Positions 50,929 to 60,798 of a DNA stretch of 64,000 bases are shown here, one piece after another. This DNA comes from an uncultured delta proteobacterium (GTDB lineage: Bacteria > Desulfobacterota > Binatia > UBA9968): positions 9,897 to 73,896 of the forward strand of contig CAVWLW010000021.1 of NCBI GenBank assembly GCA_963755715.1. The letters are read 5' to 3'. The notes beneath the pieces are model-generated. The model did not search any database. It was not told the origin of the DNA and was given only the letters and a program-made list of their open reading frames with translations. Each line of letters starts with the position of its first letter. Position 1 is the first letter of the stretch. A program made the position numbers and the translations under genes.

Positions 50929-50987
50929 CCAATGGTAGCAAGCGCGGGAGTCGTTCCGTTTGAGGCGATTTAGCTTCGTTGTGGCGC

Positions 50988-51449
50988 ATGGAAAACCGGT
51001 CCTATCGAATAGAAGTCGTTAGTAATCGCGAACGCCTAAAATCGATCGGTCCGCTGATCCCCGGCGCGTGGAGTCGCCACGACGATGAGCTCGGTCGGGA
51101 AGCGCGCGGTGAATTTCTGATCGATACCGGCGCTTACGGAGCAATGATCGATTACGATGTCGCTGTATCGCTCCAGCTTCGCGAGCAGGGCACGAGGGAA
51201 ATTCACGGCATTCACGGCTACGGCACGCTGCAGCAGTATCTCGCCAGGGTGCGCCTGCCGGCCAAGACTGCGAGCGGCGCTGACGATTGTTTCGAACAGG
51301 TCATAGAATGCGTCGGCGTCCCTGCTTTGTTGGAGAAAAGCCGTGAACAGAACGCACAGGTAATCGGAATATTGGGAAGAGCATTTCTGCAAACGGCCTG
51401 TCTCGAAATTGACAGCAAGATTGGCCGGATCGTCCTGCAGATGGGTTAG
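50988..51449 (+). CDS. Retropepsin-like (clan AA) aspartyl protease domain protein
   Basis: FLIDTGA catalytic motif, glycine flap (IHGIHG), ILGRAFL. Confidence 0.7.
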   Translation: MENRSYRIEVVSNRERLKSIGPLIPGAWSRHDDELGREARGEFLIDTGAYGAMIDYDVAVSLQLREQGTREIHGIHGYGTLQQYLARVRLPAKTASGADDCFEQVIECVGVPALLEKSREQNAQVIGILGRAFLQTACLEIDSKIGRIVLQMG

Positions 51450-51523
51450 CTCGTTCGACACAACGCTGAATGATGAGAACTGCCGGCTCGATGGCGGCGG
51501 CGAGGCGGGAGCGAAGACAGACG

Positions 51524-52285
51524 ATGGCGGAGTCACAAGAGAAGGAACTCGAAGAGGTTATCGCCGAGCGCTTGCGCGAAGCGGGATTAAAATTTGCGAC
51601 GGAACGCGCGATCGGCGGACTCGCGCCCGATTTCATCGTGTACGCACCGGACGGGCGCCAGTTTGTCGTCGAGACGCGCAACTGGGATTTTCCGGGATTG
51701 ACGACGGAAGCAAGCCGACAGGCGCAGCATTACCAGGATACGGCAAAGGCTGATGGCGCGTTCATCGTGATCGCCGGTTTGAAGAGAAATTTGCCGTCTA
51801 AAGGTGTCGTAACGATCGATGGGCTCGTGCCGGCCCTTCAAGCAGAATTTCAAGAGACAAAAACGCGCGGACATTCTGCCGAGGTGACGAAAGTAGATAA
51901 ACTAATCTTCGCGGCCATGCCGTTCGCGCCGCAATACGAAGATGTTTTTTTCGTAGCGATGAGCTATGCCGCAGAACAGGTCGGCGCGGTTTGTGACCGA
52001 GTGGACCGGCGCGAGTTTCAAGGCAACGTGGTGGAAGAGGTGCACCGACTGATTCGTAAATCGACTGCAGTGATTGTCGACCTGTCGGAATCAAAACCCA
52101 ACGTGCTCTACGAGGCGGGCTTCGCCCACGCCTTGAAGAAGCCCTGTATCCACATTTGCTCGACCGCGCTGGAGAAACTCCCTTTTGATGTGGCGCAGTG
52201 GAAAACCACCCCCTACGAAGCGGGGCAAACTCACAAGTTGCGCAGAGATCTTACCCAGCGCTTGAAGACAATTTTTGAATCTTAG
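51524..52285 (+). CDS. Fusion of a PD-(D/E)xK nuclease-like domain and a nucleoside 2-deoxyribosyltransferase-like domain
   Basis: N-terminal APDFIV...FVVETR; C-terminal FAAMPF, RVD, VIVDLSESKPNVLYEAGFAHALKKP. Confidence 0.7.
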   Translation: MAESQEKELEEVIAERLREAGLKFATERAIGGLAPDFIVYAPDGRQFVVETRNWDFPGLTTEASRQAQHYQDTAKADGAFIVIAGLKRNLPSKGVVTIDGLVPALQAEFQETKTRGHSAEVTKVDKLIFAAMPFAPQYEDVFFVAMSYAAEQVGAVCDRVDRREFQGNVVEEVHRLIRKSTAVIVDLSESKPNVLYEAGFAHALKKPCIHICSTALEKLPFDVAQWKTTPYEAGQTHKLRRDLTQRLKTIFES

Positions 52286-52290
52286 CGCCA

Positions 52291-52914
52291 ATGGCTCTAC
52301 CGACGACGATTTACGTCGATCTCGACGACGTGCTGTGCCAGGCGGCTTGCCATTTTCTCGTTATCATCGAACGCGAGTTCGGCAAACAAATCGCTTACGA
52401 GCAATTGACCAATTTCGACGTCGGTCATTCTTGCGGGCTAACGCCCGGCGAACGCGACGAGTTGTATCGCATCGTGCATCGGCCGGAGGAATTGCTGCGC
52501 ATGGCGCCGATTGCGGAGGCGATCGAAGCTGTAAAGCATTGGCGTGCAGAGGGATTTGACATCGCCATCGTCACGGGCCGTCCGCCGGAAAGCTACGAAG
52601 TGTCGCTTGCCTGGTTGGCGAAGCACGAGATACCCCATAGTTCATTGACCGTGGTCGACAAATACTCACGCTTTGCCACGGAAAACACCAAGGCAATCAC
52701 ATTGGCCGAACTGTCGACGAGGCAATTTTGCTGGGCCGTGGAAGACTCGCTGCCGATGGCGCAGTTTTTAGCCGGCCAAATGAAGTTGCCGGTAGCGCTG
52801 ATCGATTGTCCGTGGAACCAGTCCGACGTCCAGCATGAGCGGATCAACCGTTTCCGCGATTGGCGAATCATGGCCAAAGTAACGAGCGATCTCGCGCTTT
52901 CGGAGCGGAGGTAG
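52291..52914 (+). CDS. HAD-superfamily 5'(3')-deoxyribonucleotidase (NT5C-like)
   Basis: IYVDLDDVL, IVTGRP, VEDS, PWN. Confidence 0.8.
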   Translation: MALPTTIYVDLDDVLCQAACHFLVIIEREFGKQIAYEQLTNFDVGHSCGLTPGERDELYRIVHRPEELLRMAPIAEAIEAVKHWRAEGFDIAIVTGRPPESYEVSLAWLAKHEIPHSSLTVVDKYSRFATENTKAITLAELSTRQFCWAVEDSLPMAQFLAGQMKLPVALIDCPWNQSDVQHERINRFRDWRIMAKVTSDLALSERR

Positions 52915-52916
52915 AA

Positions 52917-53930
52917 ATGCAGATAAAAGTCGCGGTGCTTTGTCTTTTGCTGCTGCCCGGTTTGTGCGCGGTCGCCCACGGCGGCGAAGCGGACTCGCGA
53001 TCGGCGCTGGTCGAGGGCGCTAAAAAAGATGGCAAAATGGTTTTCTACACTTCGGTAGAAACCGAGTTCGCGAGGTCGTTAACCAGCGCCTTCGAAGCTA
53101 AATATCCTTTCATCAAGACCGATATTTTTCGCTCGAGCCACGAGAAGATTCTTAGCCGCATGAATGTCGAGCGCCAGACCGGCACTTTCACGGCCGACGT
53201 CGTGAGCGTCGGCGAGTTCGAGACTTTTCACTTGCAGAGGCGGGGATTCATCGCGCCGTACAAATCGCCACAGGCCATGGCATATCCGGAAGGGTTCAAA
53301 GATCCCAACGGCTATTGGACCGATCTTTACGATAATCTCATCGTCACGGCTTTTAACACGACGAGGGTCAAGCGCGAGGAGATTCCCAAACGCTACGAAG
53401 ACCTGCTCCAGCCGCGCTGGAAAGGCCGCATGGTGCTCGATCAAAACGAGGATCGGTGGTTTGCCAACCTGGTCTACTTAATGGGCGAGAAGAAAGGACT
53501 GGAGTTCATGCAGGCGCTGGCCAAGCAGGATATCGCGATTCGCGGCGGGCGGTCGCTGGTCACGCAACTGCTCGGCGCCGGTGAATACGACCTGCAAGTC
53601 GTCGCGTACTGGTATCGTCCGCACCTGATGAAGCGACAGGGCGCACCGGTTGATTGGGTGGGTTTCGAGCCGGCTATCGTGGCGCTGCATCCGATCAGCA
53701 TGGTTGAAAAGGCGCCACACCCGAACGCGGCCAAGCTGTTCATTGATTTTGCGTTATCCGACGAGGGTCAAAAGATTTTCATACAGCGCGGCCGAGAGTC
53801 GGCAAAACCGGGACTCAAGCCTGAGGGTTATCCAACCCACTTAAAAGTCGTGCCGAGTCGAGTCCAGTTGGCTGAGAAGCTGGCAGATTACACCCGACAA
53901 TACGAGTCGCTGTTCGTGCGCGCACGTTAA
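52917..53930 (+). CDS. Fe3+/thiamine-type ABC extracellular solute-binding protein (orphan)
   Basis: GAKKDGKMVFYTS, FEAKYPFIK, DLLQPRWKG, APHPNAAKLFIDFALSDEGQ; paralog of 32466..33476. Confidence 0.88.
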   Translation: MQIKVAVLCLLLLPGLCAVAHGGEADSRSALVEGAKKDGKMVFYTSVETEFARSLTSAFEAKYPFIKTDIFRSSHEKILSRMNVERQTGTFTADVVSVGEFETFHLQRRGFIAPYKSPQAMAYPEGFKDPNGYWTDLYDNLIVTAFNTTRVKREEIPKRYEDLLQPRWKGRMVLDQNEDRWFANLVYLMGEKKGLEFMQALAKQDIAIRGGRSLVTQLLGAGEYDLQVVAYWYRPHLMKRQGAPVDWVGFEPAIVALHPISMVEKAPHPNAAKLFIDFALSDEGQKIFIQRGRESAKPGLKPEGYPTHLKVVPSRVQLAEKLADYTRQYESLFVRAR

Positions 53931-54002
53931 TGCGGCAATGGCCGCAGGCAAAAAATTGTTAGGAATCCCCAGGCGCTGTTAAAGGAGCGACTAAGCGCTA
54001 TT

Positions 54003-54455
54003 TCAGCTCACTTTCACAGGTGGGCCGCTCTTCGAGTGGCGTTCGGTGAGCTCCAATGTGTAGCCATCGGGATCTTCGATGAAAGCAACTTTATCTTGGC
54101 TACCGGGCCGGTTGGGCTGCGGTTCAAGAGTAAATTTCACACCTGCTGATTTCAACTTTCCGCTGAGCGCATAAAGGTCGGACACATAGAGGGCAACGTG
54201 GCCGTACCATTTCGGCATTTCTTTCACGTGTCCGGGCCCGCCGGTTTCGATGAGCTCGAGGCCGGGACATTCATCTTCACTGCCGTAACCGAGATAGCCG
54301 ACGCGCTCGTGTTTCTCAGGATTGGGCCGGATGCGCTGCACGTCCATGCCGAGCAGCCGCGTGTAAAAATCGATACTGCGATCGAGGTCGCTCACCAGCA
54401 TCATGGTGTGGCGAATACGAAATGTGACGTCGTTAACGGTTTTTTCACCAGCCAT
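54003..54455 (-). CDS. Lactoylglutathione lyase-like VOC protein
   Basis: HTMMLVSDLDRSIDFYTRLLGM, LELI, YGHVALYV, FIEDPDGYTLEL. Confidence 0.88.
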   Translation of the reverse strand: MAGEKTVNDVTFRIRHTMMLVSDLDRSIDFYTRLLGMDVQRIRPNPEKHERVGYLGYGSEDECPGLELIETGGPGHVKEMPKWYGHVALYVSDLYALSGKLKSAGVKFTLEPQPNRPGSQDKVAFIEDPDGYTLELTERHSKSGPPVKVS

Positions 54456-54607
54456 TTTTTCTCCCCGGAGTTTTGATGGGATTTCGCGAACGATCGGCGA
54501 TCGTGATCGAGCCAAGCGTCGGGAGAGACTAGCGTAGGAAAGCGCTGAGCGTCAAGCGCAACTGCCGAACTTCATCAGAGGCGCCCAAGAGCCTGTGTAT
54601 GGCTCAA

Positions 54608-54763
54608 TCAGAGATGATGCCGATGGAGCCTTCGCTGCTTGCCGGCCCAGTAAATCATCATCACGAGAACGATCACTGTGACTGCCCAGTGCCTCAAAGA
54701 CCAATCGATAAACTGTGCCAGCTCACCGATAATCCGCTTGGCGAATTCCCCGATCATGTTCAT
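54608..54763 (-). CDS. Small single-TM membrane protein (51 aa)
   Basis: GGAGGTGG RBS before the ATG; amphipathic helix, TM (WAVTVIVLVMMIYW) and basic tail. Confidence 0.6.
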   Translation of the reverse strand: MNMIGEFAKRIIGELAQFIDWSLRHWAVTVIVLVMMIYWAGKQRRLHRHHL

Positions 54764-55065
54764 GTGACCACCTCCGGGAAAAACAATTCGCGCGCGAGCG
54801 AGGAGCAACTTCTATGATAGCCAGGGTTCGAGGACGCGTTCAAGGCATGAACAGTGATCCGGCAAAATAATCGGCCGCGCAAAATAAGTCTAAAAAACTA
54901 CAAAACACGACATCGCTGGACGCTTGCGCCGGACGAAAAATCGGTGCGCTCCAACGGCCGTGCAAGCCACGGATAAAAGGCAAATTTCGATGCAAACAGC
55001 AAAAGCGCGGCATTTAGCTCGCGCCGCGGTAAAGGTCGCGTCTGGGAGATCGCGGTGATGAAATG

Positions 55066-55920
55066 CTACGCTAGTGCTTTGGTAAAGGCGCGACGCAGAA
55101 ACACGCCGATCAAGTGGCGTTTATAATCGGCGCTGCCTTCGAGATCGTCGACGGGATCGGCGGCCTGCGCCAGCGCTTCGGCCGCATCCGTGAGTTGTTT
55201 TTCTACCTGGGACCGCGTGCCGGTCAGGAGCGAGTTGGTTTGATTCGACTGTGTCGGCACGGCGCTGACGCTGCCGACGACGGCAACAGCCTTCTTGATC
55301 GTATCGCCGTCGACATCGAGCACTAGTGCCAAGCCCAAAGTGGGGCGTTCTTTCAGTTGAAACTTCAAATAAGCGGCGCGCTGTGACTTCGCAGGCAATG
55401 GAATTTCTACAGCGGCCAAAACCTCATCGGCCGCGAGCGAAGTTTCATACGCGCCGGTGATCAGTTTGTCGATTGCTACTGTTTTGGCGCCGGATTTCCC
55501 TTGCACCTGAGCTTTGGCGCCGAGAGCGACGAGCAGCGTCGCGGGATCGGAGTGCGGCTCGGCGAAGCAGAGATTGCCGCCCAAGGTGCCGCTGGCGCGC
55601 ACGCGCACATTGGCGACTTTGGTTTCCATCTCGGCGAGCACCGGCAAGTTTTGTTTGACGATCGAAGAACGCTCGATGGTGCGATGGGTGGCCGTGCTGC
55701 CGATCATGAGCCCGCCGTTCTTAATTTCGATCTTGTTCAAATCGGCAATCGTTTTGACATCGACCAAATGCTCGTAGCGGAGCAGATCATGCTTCATCGC
55801 GAGCAAAAGCTCGGTGCCGCCGGCGTAGAGCCGGCCCTTCTCACCGAATTCGGCGAGCATCTGCGAAGCTTCAGCGATTGTTTTTGGTTGGTGTATGGTG
55901 AATTTTCGTAAAGGCATCAT
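55066..55920 (-). CDS. Xanthine dehydrogenase family FAD-binding subunit (CoxM-like)
   Basis: YAGGTELL, VRASGTLGGNL, SDPA, GSADYKRHL. Confidence 0.93.
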   Translation of the reverse strand: MMPLRKFTIHQPKTIAEASQMLAEFGEKGRLYAGGTELLLAMKHDLLRYEHLVDVKTIADLNKIEIKNGGLMIGSTATHRTIERSSIVKQNLPVLAEMETKVANVRVRASGTLGGNLCFAEPHSDPATLLVALGAKAQVQGKSGAKTVAIDKLITGAYETSLAADEVLAAVEIPLPAKSQRAAYLKFQLKERPTLGLALVLDVDGDTIKKAVAVVGSVSAVPTQSNQTNSLLTGTRSQVEKQLTDAAEALAQAADPVDDLEGSADYKRHLIGVFLRRAFTKALA

Positions 55921-55968
55921 GACAATAACCTGATGAAGTCAAAAGGATAAACTCGCCGATTTCAGCCT

Positions 55969-58255
55969 TTATCCCTTATCCTTTTTTTCTTTCAACGCCC
56001 GCCAAACTCTTTCCGGAGTCAGCGGCGCTTGGCGGATACGCACGCCGACGGCGCGGTCGACGGCGTTGGCGATGTTGGCAGCCATCGAATTCAACGACGC
56101 TTCGCCGCCGCCTTTGGCGCCGAAGGGCCCGACGCCGTCCTGATTTTGCACTAGGTGCAGTTCCACATGTTTCGGCAAGTCGGAGAAGCGCGGCAGTCGA
56201 TAATCCAAGATTGAACCGTTGAGTAGCTGCGAGCCGTCATAGACGAGCTCTTCAAAAAGACCGATGCCCATGCCCATGGTCGCGGCGCCGATGTCCTGGC
56301 CTTCGGCCAAGCGCCGGGTTGATCGCGAGTCCCACGTCGCCGACAGTGGCAAGTTTCTCCATGGTGATTTTGCCGGTCTCTTCATCGACGGAGATCTCCA
56401 CGCCGGTGGCGGCGGCTTCCCAGAAAACCGGCAGCGCGGCGAACTTGCCGGACTTTCTGATATAAGAGCGACCGATCACTTCGCCGTCGGGAAGCGCGTA
56501 AAATTTACTAATCACTTGAGACCAATTGAGCTGGACCTCGCCACAGCGTACGCCGCCGCGCACGGTTTGAATGTCTTCAACCTTCGCTTTCAGCACGTCG
56601 GCGGCCATCACGACCATCTGTTGAATGGCCTCCTGGCTCGCTTCCAACACGGCACTGCCCATTAAAGTTGTCGTGCGGCTGGCACCGGTAGACCGATCGT
56701 AAGGTGTGATCGCGGTGTCAGAAGAAACCACGTTGACATTCTCGAACGGCACTCCCAGCGCTTCCGCCGCGATCTGCGGTAATACTGTGTGGCTTCCCTG
56801 GCCCAATTCCGTGCTGCCGGTCATGATCGTCACGGAGCCGTCGGCGTGGACGCGGACGGCCGTCGACGTCAGCGGATAAGCGCCGGCGTCGCTACCGGAC
56901 ACGGCGACGGTGCGGCCATGCCCCTTGGGTAAGGGCGTTCCCCAGCCGATCGCTTTGGCCGCGGTCTCCAGGTCTTCTTTCAAAGTGCCGTCGAAAGGAC
57001 GCATGCCGGGGAAAAATTCCTCGCCCGGCTTGGCCGCATTGGCCAAACGAAATTCATAGGGATCTTTGCCGATCTTTGCCGCCAGCTCATCGATCTGCGA
57101 TTCACCCGGTAGAGTCACTTGAGCGCAGCCGAAGCCGCGATAAGAGCTGGCGGGCACGGTGTTGGTATAGAGCGAAGAATTTTCGATCAGAACATTGGGT
57201 ATTGCGTAGGGTCCGACACAACGGTTAGTCGACTTCTCGACCACCAGTGGGCTGTTCTCAGCATAGGCGCCCGTGTTCATGACGATCTTCGCCTGGCGGG
57301 CGATGATCTTGCCGTTGGCATCCGCTGCCGTGCGCATCCAGGTGTAAGCATCGTCGCTGCGCGTCGTCAGCATCGCTTCCTCTACCGTGAGCTGCAGTTT
57401 CACCGGACGCTTGGCTTTCCAAGAGCAGGCTGCGGTGAGTGGCTCGACTTTCGTGTACGACTTGCTGCCGTAACCGCCGCCGACAAAGGGGACGATCAGA
57501 CGCACTTTGCTCACCGGCAGATTGAAGATCGATTTCAAATCATGGCGCACCATAAATGGATGCTGCGCCGAAGAATAGATAGTCACGCCCTGATCGGTGA
57601 CATCGGCTACGGCGACGTAAGGCTCCATGGCGTAGGCATAGGTCATGGGAAAATAGTAATTGCCCTCGACCACCGTGGCTGCTTCCTTGAATGCTTTCTC
57701 GACGTCACCCCACTGGATTTTGTGAGTTTGGCAGATATTCGTTCCCTTGCCCGCGGTCACTTCACCTTCGAAACCGCGCAGCGCCCCCGCTTCGAATTTC
57801 TTTTCGTGCAAGAGCGGGGCGTCTTTCGCCATCGCTTCTTCCGGCGTGAAGACGCCTTTCAGTTCTTCATACTTGACGTCGATAAATTCCAACGCTTCGA
57901 AGGCGGTTCGTTCATCGATCGCCACCACGGCGGCCACAGGCTCGCCGGCGTAACGCACTTTTTCAATCGCCAGCAGAGGATGATCTTTGACCGCGTGGCC
58001 GAAATAGGGATTCAACCCGTCGAGATCGTAGCCGGTGACGACGCAATAAACGCCTGGATGCCCTTCGGCGCGTGATTTGTCGATGGAAATAATCTTCGCA
58101 TGGGCATAGGGGCTGCGCAGCACTTTGGCATAGGCCATGCCGATCAGCTTCAAATCGGCGACGTACTGGGCTTTCCCGGTGACTTTGACCCGGCCATCGC
58201 GCCGCGGGATGGAATGATTGACGACGTGGAAATCCGTCTTCTTTTCGGCGCTCAC
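55969..58255 (-). CDS. Xanthine dehydrogenase family molybdopterin-binding subunit, +1 frameshift near 56310
   Basis: KVTGKAQY, LRSPYAHA, VGGGYGSK, YRGFG, ELGQG, AINP joining EGQ, GPFGAKGGGE; no CODH-type AYXCSFR motif. Confidence 0.92.
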
Positions 58256-58731
58256 TTTTTCGACTCCTTCGACATCATGTCGGCGGCGCGCTGGATCGCG
58301 GCGACGATTGGCACGTAACCCGTGCAGCGGCAAATGTTGCCGTCCATATGGTGAATGATCTCGTCGCGGGTTGGTTGAGGATTTTCGTCGAGCAGCGCTT
58401 TTGCCGACATGATCATGCCCGGGGTGCAGTAGCCGCACTGAAAGGCAAATTCATCGATGAATGCTTGCTGCAACGGATGGAGCGTGCCGTCGGCCTTCTC
58501 CAAGCCTTCGATGGTCGTGACGGTTTTGCCGCGCGCTTCATAGGCCAGATAGGTGCAGGCGCTGACGGGCGTGCCATCGACCAACACTGTGCAAGCGCCG
58601 CAAACCTGGACTTCGCAGGAAACTTTGGTGCCATTGAGATTTAGCGTATTACGCAGAACTTCGGCCAGAGTGTCCGCCGGTTCGCAGTCGACTTCGCTGG
58701 CTCTACCGTTAAGTTGGAATGAAAGTTTCAT
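58252..58731 (-). CDS. Xanthine dehydrogenase family 2Fe-2S subunit (CoxS-like)
   Basis: CEVQVCGACTV, QCGYCTPG, NICRCTGY. Confidence 0.94.
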   Translation of the reverse strand: MKLSFQLNGRASEVDCEPADTLAEVLRNTLNLNGTKVSCEVQVCGACTVLVDGTPVSACTYLAYEARGKTVTTIEGLEKADGTLHPLQQAFIDEFAFQCGYCTPGMIMSAKALLDENPQPTRDEIIHHMDGNICRCTGYVPIVAAIQRAADMMSKESKK

Positions 58732-58744
58732 AAGCAATAATAAT

Positions 58745-58826
58745 TGGAGTAATGGAGTGGTGGAATATTGGAGTGTTGGGTTTTCGTTCAACCCATTGCT
58801 CCATCACTCCACTACTCCAACGACTC
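58745..58826. repeat. Inverted octamer-repeat element
   Basis: TGGAGTAA-TGGAGTGG-TGGAATAT-TGGAGTGT-TGGG ... CCCA-TTGCTCCA-TCACTCCA-CTACTCCA. Confidence 0.8.
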
Positions 58827-58830
58827 TTCT

Positions 58831-59853
58831 TCAGTTATATCGCGGCAGAATATTTTCCGCCCAGAGCTCCATTTGCCGATTCAAACTATCCATCGTCGGA
58901 TAGATGACCTTGAGCTCGAAGTGCTGCACGCCGCTCTCAATGAATTCATCGACGCGCCGGCGCACATCGTCCACCGAACCGAAGATATGGCGGTCGAGGG
59001 CGAACTGCATGCTGTCGATGTCGCGCTCGTAGCTCTCGCTGCTGGTTTTGAGCGTCGGCATCGCGAGATTCAGCCCTTCGTCGCGCGTCTTGGCGATGGT
59101 CGCGAGCTTCTCGACGGCGATGGTGATCTTCGACGGATCGCGGCCCGCGTCCTTCGCGGTTTGCGCCAGGATGTCGCAGCCGACCTTCATTTCCTTGGGC
59201 GAGAGCCAGCCGGGGATCCAGCCTTCGCCGTATTTGCCGGCGCGCTTGGCGGCGAGCTTCATCCAGCCGCCGACCCAAACCGGCGGATGAGGCTTTTGGA
59301 ATGGTTTCGGATAAACCTCGGCGTCTTTGAATTGGATGAAATCTCCCTTATACGACGCCAATTGTTGCGTCCAGATCGCTTTCATCGCTTCGATATATTC
59401 GTCGGTGCGATCGCCGCGCCGTTCATAGGGCACGCCGAAAACGCCGAACTCGTCCGACTCCCGCGTCGCCTTGGAGCCGAGACCCACGCCGACCAATAAA
59501 CGTCCCTTGGCGAGATGATCGAGAGTAGAGTACTGCTTTGCGGCGTAAATCGGATTGCGGCAGGGCATGACCAAGCAAGCGACGCCGAGAACGATCTTTT
59601 TTGTTTCGGCCGCTAGGTACGAAAGCATCGTGGTAGCTTCGTAAAAATTGGCATCCTGGGTATCGCTGAGGGCCTCGGCGGCGCCGGACGAAATATGATG
59701 TTTGTGCATCTCCGAGCTCCAAACCACATGGTCGTGAACCCAGATCGCGTCGAAACCTAGCTCTTCGGCCGACTTGGCGGCGTTGACGATGTTTTCAATG
59801 CTCGAGAGCGGCCCCGAATTGGGCACTCTCACGCCAAAGGAAATCTTATTCAT
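58831..59853 (-). CDS. LLM-class flavin/F420-dependent oxidoreductase
   Basis: GFDAIWVHDHV, LDHLAKGRLLVGVGLG, PKPFQKPHPPVWVGG. Confidence 0.9.
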   Translation of the reverse strand: MNKISFGVRVPNSGPLSSIENIVNAAKSAEELGFDAIWVHDHVVWSSEMHKHHISSGAAEALSDTQDANFYEATTMLSYLAAETKKIVLGVACLVMPCRNPIYAAKQYSTLDHLAKGRLLVGVGLGSKATRESDEFGVFGVPYERRGDRTDEYIEAMKAIWTQQLASYKGDFIQFKDAEVYPKPFQKPHPPVWVGGWMKLAAKRAGKYGEGWIPGWLSPKEMKVGCDILAQTAKDAGRDPSKITIAVEKLATIAKTRDEGLNLAMPTLKTSSESYERDIDSMQFALDRHIFGSVDDVRRRVDEFIESGVQHFELKVIYPTMDSLNRQMELWAENILPRYN

Positions 59854-59862
59854 TGCTAGCTC

Positions 59863-60783
59863 CTATTTCTTTTCGGTGACTTCGACCTTGTGATACTTGA
59901 GATGGCAATTGTACCAGTCGACGACGTTGGCTGCGACATCGTCGAAGTAATCGTTATAGATGCCGTAGTGCGTGGTTTTTTTATACAAAACCAGTTTCTT
60001 AGGCTCGCCGGCTTTTTCGTATAAATCAAATGATTGCTGTTCCGGTGTAACCGCGTCGCCTTCGACAGCGATGAACAAAGCACCGCGGGGTGAAATTTTA
60101 TGAACGACGTCGATGGGGCTGTATTCCAAAATCGCCTCAGCGCAGGCCAGCGGCATGGCATCGGGAATTTTATCCGCCACGTCTTTTTTAATCGTCGTCG
60201 TCTGGCGCTCGGGGGTTTGCACCATGACACCGCCTTCGCGCGCGCTGACGATGGCGCCTTTACCGGTAAGGGCGCGTTGCTTTCGATCGTCGTCGATACT
60301 TTTGAGATAATCGACCCATTCATACTCACGACGCATGCAGTGGAGCCACTCGCGGCCGCTGCTCACGCCGAGATAACTGACGCAGCACTTGACGCGCGGA
60401 TCGATGGCCGCAACATAGACAGCATTGCCGCCGCCGGTGCCGCCGGAGCCGTAGGTGGCGAGGCGATCGGCATCGATCTCCGGACGGGTTTCCAGGTAAC
60501 TCAACGCGCTGCGGATATCTTCGGCTTGCCATTTCGGCATCACCCAGCCGCGGTCGTTGCCTTCGCTGTCACCCCAGCCACGGTAATCGAAACAGAGACA
60601 AGCGTAGCCGGCGGCGCAAAGCTTGTCGAACATCATAATATAATGCTTCGCGTCTTTGAGGCCGAGAAAGCCGGGTCCTTGAACGATTCCGGGAAACGGT
60701 TTGCCCTGATCGGAATCCGGCAGGTAGAGCACGCCGGCGAGCTTGATGCCTTCGCTGTAAAAATTTACTTTCTCTGTACGCAT
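59863..60783 (-). CDS. Alpha/beta-hydrolase fold protein with an atypical nucleophile elbow
   Basis: FDYRGWGDSEG, YGSGGTGGGNA, D (EGDAV), H (TTHY). Confidence 0.85.
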   Translation of the reverse strand: MRTEKVNFYSEGIKLAGVLYLPDSDQGKPFPGIVQGPGFLGLKDAKHYIMMFDKLCAAGYACLCFDYRGWGDSEGNDRGWVMPKWQAEDIRSALSYLETRPEIDADRLATYGSGGTGGGNAVYVAAIDPRVKCCVSYLGVSSGREWLHCMRREYEWVDYLKSIDDDRKQRALTGKGAIVSAREGGVMVQTPERQTTTIKKDVADKIPDAMPLACAEAILEYSPIDVVHKISPRGALFIAVEGDAVTPEQQSFDLYEKAGEPKKLVLYKKTTHYGIYNDYFDDVAANVVDWYNCHLKYHKVEVTEKK

Positions 60784-60798
60784 GGCCACTCCTGAAAA

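Noticed and set aside
55969-58255. Aerobic CO dehydrogenase CoxL
   Set aside because: The active-site loop reads SYRGFG, not AYXCSFR or AYXGAGR, and no cox accessory genes are present.
58745-58826. CRISPR array
   Set aside because: Units are 8 nt with no unique spacers and no cas genes; treated as an inverted short-repeat element.
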